In this document: piece after piece, positions 14,530-30,170 of the stretch
Layout of the letters: the number at the start of each line of letters is the position of its first letter
Numbering within the stretch: the stretch's first letter is position 1
Source: Octopus vulgaris
Lineage: Eukaryota
DNA: 64,000 nt
Reading direction: 5' to 3'
NCBI GenBank assembly: GCA_951406725.2
Contig: OX597825.1
Location: 17,422,001 to 17,486,000 of the forward strand
Notes under the pieces: generated by a model
What the model saw: the letters and a program-made list of their open reading frames with translations, nothing else
What the model was told of the DNA's origin: nothing
Database searches by the model: none
Position numbers and translations under genes: made by a program

Positions 14530-14762
14530 CGTACAGACTCGGCCTAGCCGTTTCCCCGGTTTCTATAGCGTATAAACTCCTCAACTGCACAGTACGCCGG
14601 ACCGTCGCATGATTATACATTTTTTGCCAGCAGAATGATCTGAAGCAACGTGACATGAAGCGCTTTGCTGAAAGACACAATGTGTAACCCGGCTCAACAA
14701 TCGAAAGCGCAATCTTACAAATCATGAGTCCAACACCAAAACATCTAGGCCTTGCGCCGCAT
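14530..14762 (-). mobile_element. SINE family C, diverged
   Basis: gcaacgtgacatgaagcgctttgctgaaagacacaatg...cccggc..aatcgaa is colinear with the 26240 and 8120 copies. Confidence 0.7.
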
Positions 14763-16284
14763 TTCATTAATCGAGCTAGATATATTATACATTGTAGAAG
14801 TTGGAAGTGTTAATACCCGAAAGTGACTCATAATTGAACTCTACGCCAGAATGGGGTTTTGCACTGAATAATGCAGCGATGCATGAGTGTAAGAATATTT
14901 TCCGGGCAGTCTCGCTACGACTGCTTAAATAATTTAGCATGCTGATTAGAATACAAAGTTACTTATAGTTATTTCGATGGCCATGTGCAGTTCTGCTATC
15001 ATGAGCACTCCCATAGAGATAAATAATAAAAAATTGCCTAAAGCGATTTCTCACCCATTAAACAAAAATTAATATGTTGCTCACGCCGTATATTGTTAAT
15101 CACATTACATTATTCAGTCAATCATCACGCCATGTTTTAACAAATTAAAGTTATCCAGGAATATTTTCTAATGACTAATTCAAAAACCGGATGTTCATAT
15201 TTATTTTTACAACGTATTGGCAACTTCAGACGCAAAATACGCTCCTTCTTATAGAGAACGTCATAGGAGGATTACATATCACTCATACGATCAAGGCGTT
15301 TTTAAAATTTCACTTCATTCTGACTCGGTATTTTGGGACAGCGGCGTGTCCACGATTTACGTCTCATCATTCAGAAGCAGCAGGATCTCTGAGCCTAAAT
15401 GAGGCTGGTGGTTTTGTTGAGAGTTTCAGTGAAGAAATTGTTTATTGATCCGATCCGAAGAAATATATTGTCTAAACGCGTCAAAATTGGGTGACAGCAA
15501 TGTCAACGTGACATGGCGTGAAAAGGATCAAGCGCCTGTTTTTCAGGAGGATAGGATTTTTGGAGTTAGAAGTCTCTGACCTAACTGTGCTAGCGTAGTG
15601 GGAGCAATGTCATCATAATATCCGCGGTTAAGGAGATACAGTTAACCGGGCCTGCACTTCGAACATAGCGACGGATTTGCTTTGCGCATATTCCTGCAGT
15701 ACCCGTGCATGCTGACTTCTAGATATATATCGAATTCTTGCGGTCGCATACGAGGACAGATTCATCTGTCATCATCAGACCTCAGAAAAGATCGACCCAC
15801 GCCTATTTACAACCTGGAAACACGTCGGCCTTTAAATACCTGACGTCGTATTCCACTTTGACGAATACCACATTGCCATCAAGTTTCGTCAAGAAATGTT
15901 AAGGTGGAAGGGAAGTGCTGACTTCCAGAAAATTCCTAAAAGGTGGATATGAGGATAAATCGAGGATAAATCGAGAGCTGCTATATTATATGAGGAACAA
16001 GGGCAAACTTGTGGTTTATTGCCCTTATCAAGAAATGTTCGGCAGAAGAATGTTGCTTATGTGAGGGTGAACGTACATAACTACTAGAAACATGTATATT
16101 AAATAGTGTCAAATTAGCGACATATTGTCTTGGCTTCATTGTTACATATACAGTGACACCTAACAGACAGACAAACATACATGTGCACGCACACACACAC
16201 ACAAACAATCACACACAAACACATATACATACACAAAGCCTATGTGTGCACACTCAAGTTGGTTGTATATATATATACATATTC

Positions 16285-16316
<32 letters not shown>

Positions 16317-16388
16317 GTTTGTATGTATGTATGCATGTATGTATACGTATGCATAAATATGCACACACAGACACAAACACACACAAGC

Positions 16389-16452
<64 letters not shown>

Positions 16453-17504
16453 TACGATGATATTTGATTTTAATAAACATACATTCCGTAAGCTGCTGTA
16501 TTTGAAGTCGCTAATTTGATTAGTCATATTTACAAAGAAAATGTATATATGTATATATTTCATATAATCATGTCTTCCAATACCGGAAAACGAAAGTCTT
16601 TGGAATTAATTACTTTTGAATAGAATCAGATGCCGAAATTAATGGCTGAGTGAATGCCATAAGAAAGCAATTTCTGTGTTATGTTTCTGTACATCATACA
16701 CTATTTGTAATTACATGATTAATATTATCTGAAACAAAGAACTGATTATAAAACAGGGTAGTTAGAGTCCTGTGGAGACATGATGGCGACAGATTTGCTG
16801 GTTACAATATAGCTACTTAGACAATAAGAGTCACATCATTTATAAGGCTTAAATTAATTTAGCGAAGGATTACGTTTAGATACACTTGAGGCTACTTAAT
16901 CTTCTATTGTCAAGAAAATCATAATTGCTCGTCCACGTCTTTCTTTCATATAGGAAATTTCGCAATATGTATGTGTATGTTGGTAAATGCAGTCAGAGAG
17001 GTATCCATATATATTTGTATATATGTGTGTGCGCACATGTGCAGATGTCTATATATATATTTAATTCTAAAAATGAAAGAAAGACGAAAAGAGAGAGAAA
17101 AAGAAACGCGAAGATGTACACAAGAATTATGTTATTCTGAAGCTCGGTGAAAGGAGAGAACATTTAACGTTTCGAGCAGAGCACTTCGAAAATCGCCAGC
17201 AGCCCACGTGTGGTTACATTTGTATATATATATATATGTCATTTAGAGAAAGTAGTCCCCTTCATCACACCACATAAAAAATGTTAATTTAATTTAATAC
17301 TTACTACTTATTTCTCAGCTACACGTGTTTCTTGAGGTTCTTTTGTTGTTCTTTAAGCACGCTTTTTTTTACAGGAACCTTTCTTAAAATGTATCCCCAA
17401 TCATTAGCCCTCTAAATAACTTTATACTAGTTCGATACCAAATACTATAACCCCTGTGATGTCGGAATTTTTATTCTGTAGTAAATAAAGTAAAATATAT
17501 ATTT

Positions 17505-17590
<86 letters not shown>

Positions 17591-17804
17591 TCATAAATGA
17601 TGGTGAAAAATTAGATATTAATTTAATAATACCATCAGTTTAACACCAAGTTGCCTAGCACAAAAAACCAGGGAGACAATACAAATTTATACGTAAATAT
17701 AAGTGAGTTACCGTTAAGTGGTTAACTATAGTGCTAGAAATAGCTCCTTGTTCTGGTATAGCCACCGAAGTTGTTTCCACAAAAGAAATAACATTACCTT
17801 CAAC

Positions 17805-17846
<42 letters not shown>

Positions 17847-19014
17847 CATATAATGAATAGAGTGAGAGAGTGCAAGACATAATATGAACAAATATATAGC
17901 ATATCAAAATCATGATAGCGCTGTCATGTATATAAAAACGTGTTTTTATATATATGTAAATTCATATGTATGGGTGTGTGTATGTGTGCGCGTGTGTGTA
18001 CCCCTGTGTGTGTGTTTCTGTGTGCGTGCGTGCGTGTGTTATAGATATGACAACGACACACTTTACGGGGAGTGCGTACAAATAACATACAAACGAACGC
18101 TCTTTTTATCAGTCAAACTTTACCGCCCGAAGATAAACGCAGTCTGGTTGGCTGTCACACGTATTGTTCAATTAGCGTTGTTCAGTTCAACGTAACATTG
18201 CGGCTTATACATAAACGGACGCGATAGATAAACTACAATAGAAGTACGTCAGAGAAGAACAGTCACAGAGAACAAAGCTAAATGACAACAAAGAATATAT
18301 ATACGAAGCAATATGCATACGAATACATGGTGTTCCTTGATTTCGCAATGAACTTAAAAACATACATGCGTACATACATATACATATACTTACGTACGGA
18401 GACACACACTGGTAGAAAGCAGTACGTTAAACTTAGAATGTAGTGTCATGTGGTGTGTTAACTGGTTAATAAACGTATGCTTCTTAACTATTACAGAAAA
18501 TGGTACCTTGGGAAATTGATTCTCACTGAAACGTTTTCTATTAAGTAATTCTGTAATATAGTGGCCATGGTTTGAATATGTTAGTTAATTACAAGGACAA
18601 TAGATTATTATGAATGTTGATGTAGCATAGAAAATGCGAAAGAGTAGGATATTTGGCATATTCTTATTCAGTAATTTTGCTTTCAAATGTCTAGAATCTT
18701 GCTTTATGTCGATGAACAGTTAGATTATATTTACAATATACATGTACCATAATAGTCAAAGAGTGTTGAGTCAGATGAAAGAATGGCATCGCTGAGAAAT
18801 ACTAAAGCAGGCAATATGATTTAGACTGTCAATTACAATATACAAAAGGCTTAATCACGTATTTTAGATCACAAACAAGTACGACCATGTATTTCTTTGA
18901 TAGAGAACTCCAAGTATTAAAACTGACTGTTAAGATTTTCATATCATGTAATTTTCTCCCAGTCACACCAACTATTGTCTCCTTTTGTTCCAAAGAAATA
19001 GAAGGCAACACTAA

Positions 19015-19140
19015 TCTTTTCTACACTAGAGACAAGGTACGACATTTTGGGTAAGGGGTTCAGTCGATTAGATCGTCCTTAGCATGCAACTGGTAGTTAA
19101 TTTATCAACCCCGAAGAGACAAAAGGTAGAGTCGATCTTG
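19015..19140 (-). mobile_element. SINE family A 3' fragment
   Basis: ttctacactagagacaagg...cagtcgattagatcg...ctggtagttaatttatcaacccc. Confidence 0.7.
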
Positions 19141-20220
19141 ACGGAGAGGGCAAGAATAACAACTTGGTGTAAATATTATCGAAGGCGATATATTTGCGTA
19201 ATTCCTATGACGGATTTAGTAAAATCAATTTTGTATACATTTATGTATATTTTTTATGGTTTTCCTCCTCAAAATACCTTCAAGCAACAGCTATAGTTAA
19301 AATTAAATGTTAAACTCGATAACCTTCCTTATTATTCGTGTTTGTTCTTAAGAGTCAAACTGGCTATGGGTTCTACTCAAGATTTTCAATAATATATGAT
19401 AAAAGCATATTGTACACTATGAGCGGTAATAAGATGCGATACAGAGAATGTCATGCGTTAAAAGACGCTGTCTGCTATGTGATTCTAGATGCATTCTATG
19501 TGTGTGCAAATATGTTGTATTTGTGAGTTAACGTGTGTTTGTATATATATGCGTATAATATTCACACATTTGATGTCTATTGATTTTTTAAACGTTATTT
19601 AACTTCGTATTTATCTATGTTTTATTGTTATTTGATGGCATTTCTATGAATGGAGTGATTTGTTAAAATGTATTTACGGAAATATGAAAGTAAACTGATT
19701 TGTTAACACAAAATATATATGAATGCAAGCAACACAAGACAATAAACACATGATGCTTTTGTTAAACGGTGGGAAAGAACCAAAAATGAAAAGAATTCAT
19801 CTAATGATAAAGAAGTTCTGATCAAGGAAATTGAAAATATTTATAGTTTTAAATATATATATATATTTTTTTCGCCACGCGTGCACGTAAAAACGAAATT
19901 AAAGAAGACTTGATATTTATATGAAAACTATAGATATAATAATGTGATGTTATCTGTTAATGGTGTTTGATGCCGTAAGGTAACAAGAAGCTTTCATGGT
20001 TCATTCTGTAATTGCGTATTTGTTCCCAAACAATATTTTATGCGGTTTGCAATCTATTTTTTTTTTTTTTTGAAAGTATACAATTTAAAATGTTTACTTA
20101 TCTATTACATCTCCTCGCTTCTCAGCATTAGAAAATGGAGTGATAATAAAGAAGCAGAGGTAAAGTTTATATATTAATGTATAAAACTTGTAATAAATGC
20201 ACACATCTATCTACACCATC

Positions 20221-20271
<51 letters not shown>

Positions 20272-20454
20272 GTGTGTATGTGTTTGTGCGTGCTTGTGTA
20301 TTTATATCTAGCGGTATACACAGACACACAGGCACACACATACCCACAGACACGCACACACAAACACACACTAATATGTATTTGTTAATTTATTTCTGTA
20401 GACTTGTATTATACCTATACACCAATGTATATTTACAATTATTAATGTGCATAA

Positions 20455-20508
<54 letters not shown>

Positions 20509-20667
20509 ATGTGTGTGTTCACATATTCACATGTATATATATTGTATGTATATATATGTATGTATATATATATATATAACATATATATATATATATGTAT
20601 ATACATATACACACACACACATATATATATATGTATATATATGTATGTTTATATATATATATGTATG

Positions 20668-20720
<53 letters not shown>

Positions 20721-20724
20721 GTAT

Positions 20725-20806
<82 letters not shown>

Positions 20807-21119
20807 TGATTGCTGTTACAAAGTAAAACACTATTTAAATTGTCACATACATGCTAAGTAGGTATTCACATGTTTCAGCATATGAACAATTGACAAAATA
20901 CGCTCCTACATAAATGTGGCATAGACATAAGTTGAAGATTTCTGAACTTTTTTATGCTTGCTTAGAGGGAAATGTATATAATGGAATACATTTATATTCA
21001 CAGAATCCGTTTTACATACACTCTTGATCGCTCAAACATACCCCGTGCTCGTAAAGAAGATCAAAAAATTCGCACACACACTTATTTTCGTGGATCATTT
21101 AATATCTTTACTTCTTTAA

Positions 21120-21445
21120 CACATTACGCTGCAGCCTTGCTGGGGCAACGCTTTGAAGAATCTTTAGTCGAATGAATCGAACCCAGTACATGTTTTTAAG
21201 TTTCGCACGCATTCTGTTGGTCTTTACTAAGTTAAACAAAACACCAGTTGACAAGCGGTAGTGGGAGACATCTTCAGACACAAACACACAAGCACACACA
21301 CATGTATATACGACGGGCTTCTTTCAATTTCCCTCTACAAAATCCACTCACTAGGCTTTGATCGTTCTCAAGCTGTAGTTGAAGTCACTTGCCGAAAGAG
21401 ACACGCACAGGGACTGAACTTGGAACCATGTGGTTGGGAAGTCAA
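21120..21445 (-). mobile_element. SINE family B
   Basis: cgacgggcttctttca...aaatccactcac...gggactgaacttggaaccatgtggttgg, colinear with 41965-42380. Confidence 0.8.
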
Positions 21446-22171
21446 TTCCTCCGACAATTTAAAATGATTAACGATTTAAAAACGTGTTGACTAGTATATA
21501 TCACTCAATCCCTACATCATTTCATATATTTCAAAATCTTTTAAAAATATCTAAAATGTATGTCAAGATAGAAAGCAATTTATTCTTTTTTTATTTAATA
21601 GTAATGCCTCTGATGAATATATATATAACCTTCGAATAAGCAAGTCAATTAACCTGTGCAGAAGATCCCGGAAAATTACATTTACTTCCTCTTTATACAC
21701 GTATGTCTATATAATCATAATACAGGGAGTGAATTATGACACTCGTATTAGTATTGAATTAATTTATATACTCTGATAGTAGTCTTACAAATAATTGTAA
21801 TTATTTACAATTATAAAATCATTAGTAATATATAATTTCGTTGATTTCCTGATTTGGAAATTTTGATTTCGATGCCTTTTAATTTCATAGGTTGGGGCAA
21901 CATGATTTTAATAACACACAAATGGAAGAATGTGACCTAATTTTCTTAAAGGCTGTTCTCCCGAGTATTAAACTCATAACAGTCTCTTTCATTGATAAAT
22001 ATTTACAAGGTAGAGCATTCAGACAAGTTATTAAACTGAGCAATCTTTTTATTTTATAAATACTTGAAAGGATCCTTATTTCAAGCCAATCATTTTAACA
22101 CTTTGAAGAAACTTTATTTATTTTAAGAGTGGCAAAGATTATACGTAAGCACGCACAAACATGCACGCAGG

Positions 22172-22182
22172 TCTATCTATCA

Positions 22183-22257
<75 letters not shown>

Positions 22258-22278
22258 AATCTATCTATCTATTTATCT
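22172..22278. repeat. (TATC)n microsatellite
   Basis: Directly visible. Confidence 0.95.
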
Positions 22279-23694
22279 AAGCTTGTGGATAACCTAATAG
22301 GAATAGTATTAAAATATTAGCTTGACAGAAATGCCTGTAGCCACATATGTCGTAGTCTATCACATATGATTGTGTGTATATATGAGAGGAAAACAAAGGG
22401 AGTAGACTGTAAAGTTTTAATGGTTCGAGAAGGACCCGTGATTCTAGCAACTATTCAAATAATTGTAACAATAGAGTACTTCCTCCTACCTCGGTACATC
22501 GCCTATTCTATCTTGATATCCACAGGGATAAGACGACTATATTTTGTTTTCCTTGTGTTATATTTTACCGCATTGAAGGCAATTTTTCATCACCGCCGTT
22601 ATTCGATTTGCATGATATTCTACATATTTGGGAAGTAGCAAGGAAATGGACTCAAAGTAGTTCTGCATAAAGGAAGCGTAAATGATTATCCCGGATAGTC
22701 GCCACTATATTTAATATGCCTCGATGACAAAGGGAAAATATCAGCCACATTACTTGAGGTTATGGATTGCAATGTCTACAGTGAGAGGAATACATGACAC
22801 CAGAGATAAAATTAAGTCAACTACATACCAAGGTCCTCTGTTAACTCCTTATTGATTAATTTTTCTTAGATATAACGTGATTATTAATATGTAAGTGCCT
22901 TTATGTGTATGAACTGGCGATTGGACTCTTGTAATGCGTCAATAAATACGATGATAATCAAAATAATTCCAAAACTCTTTATGACAATTTGCAGACAGGG
23001 TTTGCGAAAGGTTTAAAGAAAACCCTTTTTAAACTAGTAAACCCTGCTTTGGAAAGCTTAAGAAGCGCTTTAATTTGCACAACATAAATGTGGCTCGTAA
23101 AGCTGCCAGCGCTGGAAGTTCATTCTTGCTCGATACACATACGTACACACACACCCAGGCACGCGAGCGCACATACACATACACAGACACACACAGGCAC
23201 ACGCATATACATACACGCACACAAATACATACATACACACAAACAGCTATATATAAACATTAATCGACGAATAACAGTTATAAGCATTTCTACGCCAGTA
23301 TATCTATTTTGTTCCTCTCAATGTAAACTAAAGTTAAATACAAATCAAACATTCGAAAAGATTACAAGAAATTCAGAAATATTGTTAAATATTTATTTAA
23401 TAATTGTAAAATTAATGCTACTTCTAAAATCATAACTTATATAGCCGCAGAAATGGAGAAGATTTAGAAAGGTGAAAATATATTAGATATGAACAATTGA
23501 TGAATGAAAGGCCAAATATTCGACATAGAAGTGTCTAACCTTGAATAACCGTTGTATTGTGGTTTATCACTATAGAGAATTATATCAAAATAATAATTGA
23601 AGATTAATTCATAAATATTTCGTGTTACTCATATGAAGACTGTATAAGGTAGTCTAAAAGAATTCGGATCTCTTAGCACTATTCACTTTAATAT

Positions 23695-23912
23695 TCTTTT
23701 CTACTATAGGCATAAGGCCTGAAATTTATTGGTGAGTGGGGCCAGTCGATTAGATCGACGTCCGTACAAAAGTGGTACTTAATTTATCGACCTCGAAAAG
23801 ATGAGAGGCAAAGTTAACCGCGGTGGAATTTGAACTCAGAACGCAAAGACAGAATAAATACTGCTAAGTATTTCGCACGGGGTGCTTATCATTTCTGCCA
23901 ACTCACTGCCTT
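23695..23912 (-). mobile_element. SINE family A, near full length
   Basis: ggccagtcgattagatcgac...cggtggaatttgaactcagaacg...ttctgccaactcactgcc. Confidence 0.85.
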
Positions 23913-24374
23913 TACTATTCACATTAATATTAAATGTAGAAGTTTAAAATGTTCTATAACACTATACAATATTAGATGAAGATAAAAACGATTGCAGATC
24001 GTGTGATCTGTTCCAAGATATGCTATTTATAAGACAACCAGGCGCTATATTGACACTTGCAAATGCATGCATATAAGATTTAAATATTTGTACTGTCATT
24101 GGACAAGTCTGTGTATAAAAACATGTTTCGTAGTAAACAAATAAATGCCTCATTTGGAAGCATACATATAAAGGCATATATATATATATATATATATATA
24201 TGTGCGTGTGAATGTGTCCATATATATATATATACACACAGATATGTATCTATCAATTTGGATGTGTGTCTGTATGTCTATGTATGTATGTACGTATGTA
24301 TCTATCTATCTATCTATCTCTTCATCCATGGATGTATGTATGCACGTATATATGTATATATATATATATATCTT

Positions 24375-24416
<42 letters not shown>

Positions 24417-25447
24417 CACACACATGCATTCATATATATATATACATATAGTTGTATACATATATATGCATATATACACATATATTATATGCATTACTTT
24501 GTTCCAGAGTTTGCATATCGAATGCAAATATATGTACACACACGCACACACACGCGCACACACGCACACACACTCATACATGTATATGCGTGTGTGTATG
24601 TGTGTGCGCGTATATGTATGTAAGTATCTATGTATTGGTGTGTGCATGTTTGTGTGTGTGTGTATGTGTGTATGTGCGTGTGTATGTGCATTTGTGTGTG
24701 CGTGTGCCTTGTCCATGACTGCTAGGTTGCTTTAGTGTTTTTGTTTCCTGAACTACAAACTGGCATATCAATTTCCAGATCAAAATAACTCCGACAAAAC
24801 TTGTTTTCATACAATATGATTTTATATAGTTTGAATCAGAACCATTTTTTACGAAAGTCACTCAAACACTTTGCATCAGATGAAATCCTGAAGGTATTTT
24901 GTAGTGTTACATTTATTATAGGATACATTATAATATGAAAACATTGAGAAAGTACAAAAATCTGACAACTACAAAATACAGCAACCGGCCTTGCTGACAA
25001 AAAGATAAAAACTGAATCATTAGTCATATTATATGAATTATTTCCGGTCAAAACTTGGTGTATGTTTCTGTCGTAATAGGATCTCTTCAGCGGATATTGA
25101 TCTTTTCTTCATTACCTTATCGCTATTTCCCCACGTACGATCCATCCAAGGCATTCGTTAATAGTTTTACTATGACTGAAATATTCCTGCAGATGTAAAC
25201 CCTGCTACGAAATGTGATTTGAGTAAGAGTAGTCTTTGAGTTAATATTATCTTCCCTCACTCCATAATTATCTCTAATTAGTTTTTGACGTTCACTTAAT
25301 TGAAATATTTCTCCTACATAACCAATTTTTTCCTGCTTCCAGGCATCTCTACCATTAGTATGTTGTTGTTTCACCACCATCTAATACTAACGTTCAAAAA
25401 TATATTACAACGTATTCATCAGTCCAGTTACGTTTTACCGTAAACAC

Positions 25448-25740
25448 TCGTGGTTTAGCGGTTAGGGTATTCGGTATTTGGCGCACGATTGTAATGTCAT
25501 GGGCTCGATTCCGAACCGCACTATATGCACTTAAGCAAAACAACTTCTTTCACGTTGCTTCAATTCCCTCATCTGGCGAACTTTTAGTCGTGCCAGTTAC
25601 TGAAAAAATAATCATGCTGAGAACTATTTTAAGGATTATCGTATTCGCGCATGCTCAGCTAGTTGCTCATTAATTTCCCGAACAGGCAGTTTTGTCGATC
25701 GAATCAACTGAAACATACCTAACAACCGACAGAGTCCCAT
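25448..25740 (+). mobile_element. SINE family C, diverged
   Basis: gtggtttagcggttagggtattcgg...ggctcgattcc...ttcacgttgcttca. Confidence 0.65.
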
Positions 25741-26239
25741 TACTACTTACTATATTTTACATTCAGAAATTCTTCCAAAGAATTTTCGCATATTGTACCT
25801 GCTTTCAATATCGTAATGTAAGAAATTAAATCAATGTTGTTCTCTAATTGATAATAATAATAAAAAATTGTATCAAAGAACTCTGGCCTACATATGGTGA
25901 TTGCATGCTAGAATATCTAGCTAGAAAAAATATGCCAAATTCTCAGCCTAATATTAAATTAAACTTAAAGCGATAGTCACTATGGTCGCTGATATTGCTT
26001 AAATACTAGCCAGATCCCCATGAAAACTCATTTTAACCTAACTTCCAAAAGGTAATACATGATCATATATCTACTGGACCACAACTAACGTGTATGGTAC
26101 CATTTCGACCAACATAGCCACCGACACTAATCCTGCATGGTTTCAAGATGAACTAATCGATTACCAATTGAGGCAGAAAATATTAACGTTGTCCTTGTAA
26201 GTGCTAGAATTACCGAAAAAATCTACAGTTTTCAAATGA

Positions 26240-26648
<409 letters not shown>

Positions 26649-27814
26649 CATATATATATGCATGAGTGTTTGCCCTCCGCTGCTTGACAACAGGAGTCGA
26701 TTTGTTCGTCTAAACACTTAAAGGCCGTGTGTTGCAGCATAGCCACAGTCCATTGAGTGAAACACAAAAGAAATATAACAGAAAATCACTATATGTGTAT
26801 ATCTCAACCAGTAAATTACTGGACGGAACATCTAATAAAACTTTCAGAGAAAGGCTTACTTTAAACATTTTACCTGCACTATTAGACCCTCTATAGTGAA
26901 TAGCATTCAAAGGAACACCATTATCAAGTTCAATGCATTTTTAGCAACGACCTCAGGCTAAGTCACGGAAGGAATGTCAGCAATGATTGAACACATAAAA
27001 TTCCAATGGCCAATTTACTGATTTCTTTTCTAAAGTAAAACATAAAAGAAATATTAGAACGACATAGATCTATCTTATCTTTTTTTATGTATAAAATGAT
27101 GGATCGCTATCCATCACATCGACTATTTGCAGCAAAATTTCGCCGAAGCATTATCCAAAGAGTTGATCGGCACTTTGATATATGATAATAATAAAGCTTT
27201 GTGGCATATCTATTATCTTGATAATCATATAAGAGAACAAGTAATTGACCCTTCTCCTGAAATATTTAGGTTTGTTCACAGTGCTGGACAATTTAGGGAA
27301 AATGTATTTATGTCTAACGAGAACGGATGCTTACTAAATAGCGAAGCCTGGAAATTGACAATGAATGTGACAGGAAATAATTCTGACATTACTAGGATGA
27401 TACACAGATATGCTTTGCTTGTCACTATTACATTCGCTCTCTCTTCCTTTGTCTCTCTCTCACCCTTTCTCTCAGCCTGTTCACTCTCATCCGTAAGCAC
27501 ACACACAGACGTACCTCTCGAACAAGTATGCGTTTAGGGGCAAACAATCATTACCTGATACATAAAAGCTGGCATAAAAGCATAAATACATTTAACTATT
27601 TCTATGAAGATAGTGAATAGACAGTAATTCCATGTCTTATATAATCTCTTCAGATAACCGTGTAGTCACGCGCATGTCAGTATACGACAAGATTCACATA
27701 AACTCGTTTAGTTATCCTCATCACAATATGAATAAGCTTCTGTGTAAGTATGTTTTACTCACAGTCCCCCCCACACACACACACATACACACGTAGAGTG
27801 CGCGCACACATATC

Positions 27815-28025
27815 ACCTTTACTGGTTCCAGTCGTGTGAATGAGGCAGTGCTGCAACACCATGTTGAAAATAATTTTTTAGTCGAATGCTTCGATCTCAT
27901 TACTTATGTTTCAAAGCCTAGTATGTATTTTATGAGATTCCTTCGCCGAACCAGTAGATTTTGGGGACAAAAACAAAACCAGCTTTCAAGTGGTGTTGGA
28001 AAGCAAACAGACACAAAGACACACA
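27815..28025 (-). mobile_element. SINE family B 3' part
   Basis: ctttactggttccagtcg...ttttagtcgaa...gccgaacc...aaacagacacaaagac. Confidence 0.65.
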
Positions 28026-28252
28026 CACACACGCTCATACACACATTCATCGTGAAGTATATTTGCCACATAAATATACTTTAAGGGTTGATGCAACTGT
28101 TTCTTGTAGCCCCAATACTTTTACTCCTGTTTCTTATAAATTACACTGTTTATCCCTATATATTGAGAGAATTTTCCCAATATATCATCGATAATACCAG
28201 TTGACCGATGGCCTTTGTAATCCCTAAAGAGAACACTATATCTTCAACTGAC

Positions 28253-28347
<95 letters not shown>

Positions 28348-29764
28348 CATATTGTCCATTCTATATTATATTTTAAAATATAAGGCTCGTTTTCTAAGGG
28401 CAGGAAGAATTGTTAAGTCTCCTAAATCATAACTTAAAGGTGTACCCCATTTTTTGCTGCAAAATACCTATATTCTTTCAAAAATGTACATCAATATTGC
28501 TGATTTTGAAGAAACAATTGCTGTGATTTGCTGTAAATATCGTGCCCTCAAAATAGAGAAAACCTTTTTGTATGGCATTTTAATCCTGCGCTCAGTACTT
28601 TGAACTTTGTAAAGGAGGAAGTCTTGGTAAATGTTTCTTTAAAATTCTCACTCACTTTTCAAGAAGTGCCTGAGAGCTCTCCCTAATTATTATCATCTTT
28701 AAAAATTTCATTCGGATGTCTAGACATATTTATGTGATACATTTTTGTTGCCAAATCCACTAAGCTCCGTTGGTAAATGCGTTTGTTGTTTTACTTCGCT
28801 GCGGCAAAAAATTTAAGAAACTTTTGGAAAATTTGATATTGAAAATCGAATTTTAAATATGGCGACAAATTTATCATCTTGGCAGTAAATGTCTGGTTAT
28901 GAAATTCGTCTCCGTCGTCGGTTTCAAAATTCCGGCTGGTCAGTCGCTTAAATACCTTTTTCTTCTCTTTGTATTGCTATTGCTCGTTTCTGATGTATTT
29001 TTTCTATTCCTCTTCATATCGTTATTCTTGCCAAATTTATAATTCAACTGGCAAATAGCCATTCCATTTATTTGACGTTTTCAATATATTAGAATTTTAT
29101 ATATTTTAGGCCGCAACCTTTCTTTCAGTTCTTTCACAAATGCTGGTGTTTGTCTTCCTAATCGTATCGTTTCTGAACCATCACATTTTTTTGTCACGCC
29201 CTTTAAGATCTGCCTGGAATATCTATATCTGTTTTAAGAATAATCTTTTCAGAGTAGTATATAACACCGAGTCGATTAAGTGCTGCATTATATATCAAGC
29301 TCAATGATATCCTATAAAATACCAGTAGTTTATCATTCACAATTGCATTAATATTCTTACTTCTTTTTGAACACCGCTTCATGACACAACATTAGTTGGT
29401 GACATATGCATCTTTTGGTGAAAGTGTTTGGCAATACTGGCTAAAATATTTAATATTTTGATTTTGCCGGATATTATAATTAATCATTCTAATATTTCTT
29501 TGACACGTTCCCTCTAACTTTATCATTGATCTTTCAAATGCAATATCTTATATAGTTTAATACATTTCTTTCTTGTCTGCTTTGGTAGGTTTTCATTATT
29601 TGGCCTGTTTTATCTTACGTGAAATTACGTAGGAAATCTTTATTTCCACGACTGTGTAAATAAATTAGTTAAAATATCAGATATAACTAAACTTACTTTC
29701 TACAACTGTAAGCTATCATTCTCTTCTTTCAAAAATTATGGGGACATGATCTAATCATATATAA

Positions 29765-30170
29765 TGCGCAGGAGGGGCTGTGTGGTAAGTAGCTTGCTTA
29801 TCAACTACACGGTTCCTGCTTCAGTCCCACTGCGTGGCACCTTGGGTAAAGTGTTTTCTAGTACAGCCTCGGGCCGACCAAAGTCTTTTGAGTGGATTTG
29901 GTCGACGGAAACTGAAAGAAGTCCGTCGTATATATGTATATATATGTGTGTGTGTGTTTGTATGTTTGTGTTTGTCCCTTCATCATCACTTCACAACCGA
30001 TGCTGGTGTGTTTACGTCCCCGTAACTTAGCGGTTCTGCAAAAGAGACCGATAGAATAATTACTAGGCTTACAAAGAATATATCCCGGGGTCGATTTGTT
30101 TGACTAAAAGGTGGTGCTTCAGCATTGGCCGCAGTCAAATGATTGAAACCAGAAGAAGAGTAAAAGAGTG
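29765..30170 (+). mobile_element. SINE family B, full length
   Basis: gcgcaggaggggctgtgtggtaagtagcttgc...tcagtcccactgcgtggcaccttggg...gccgcagtcaaatgattgaaac; reverse-complement copy at 41965-42380. Confidence 0.9.

Noticed and set aside
27127-27537. 136 aa ORF
   Set aside because: Non-ATG start, no recognisable motif, ends in CT-rich low complexity
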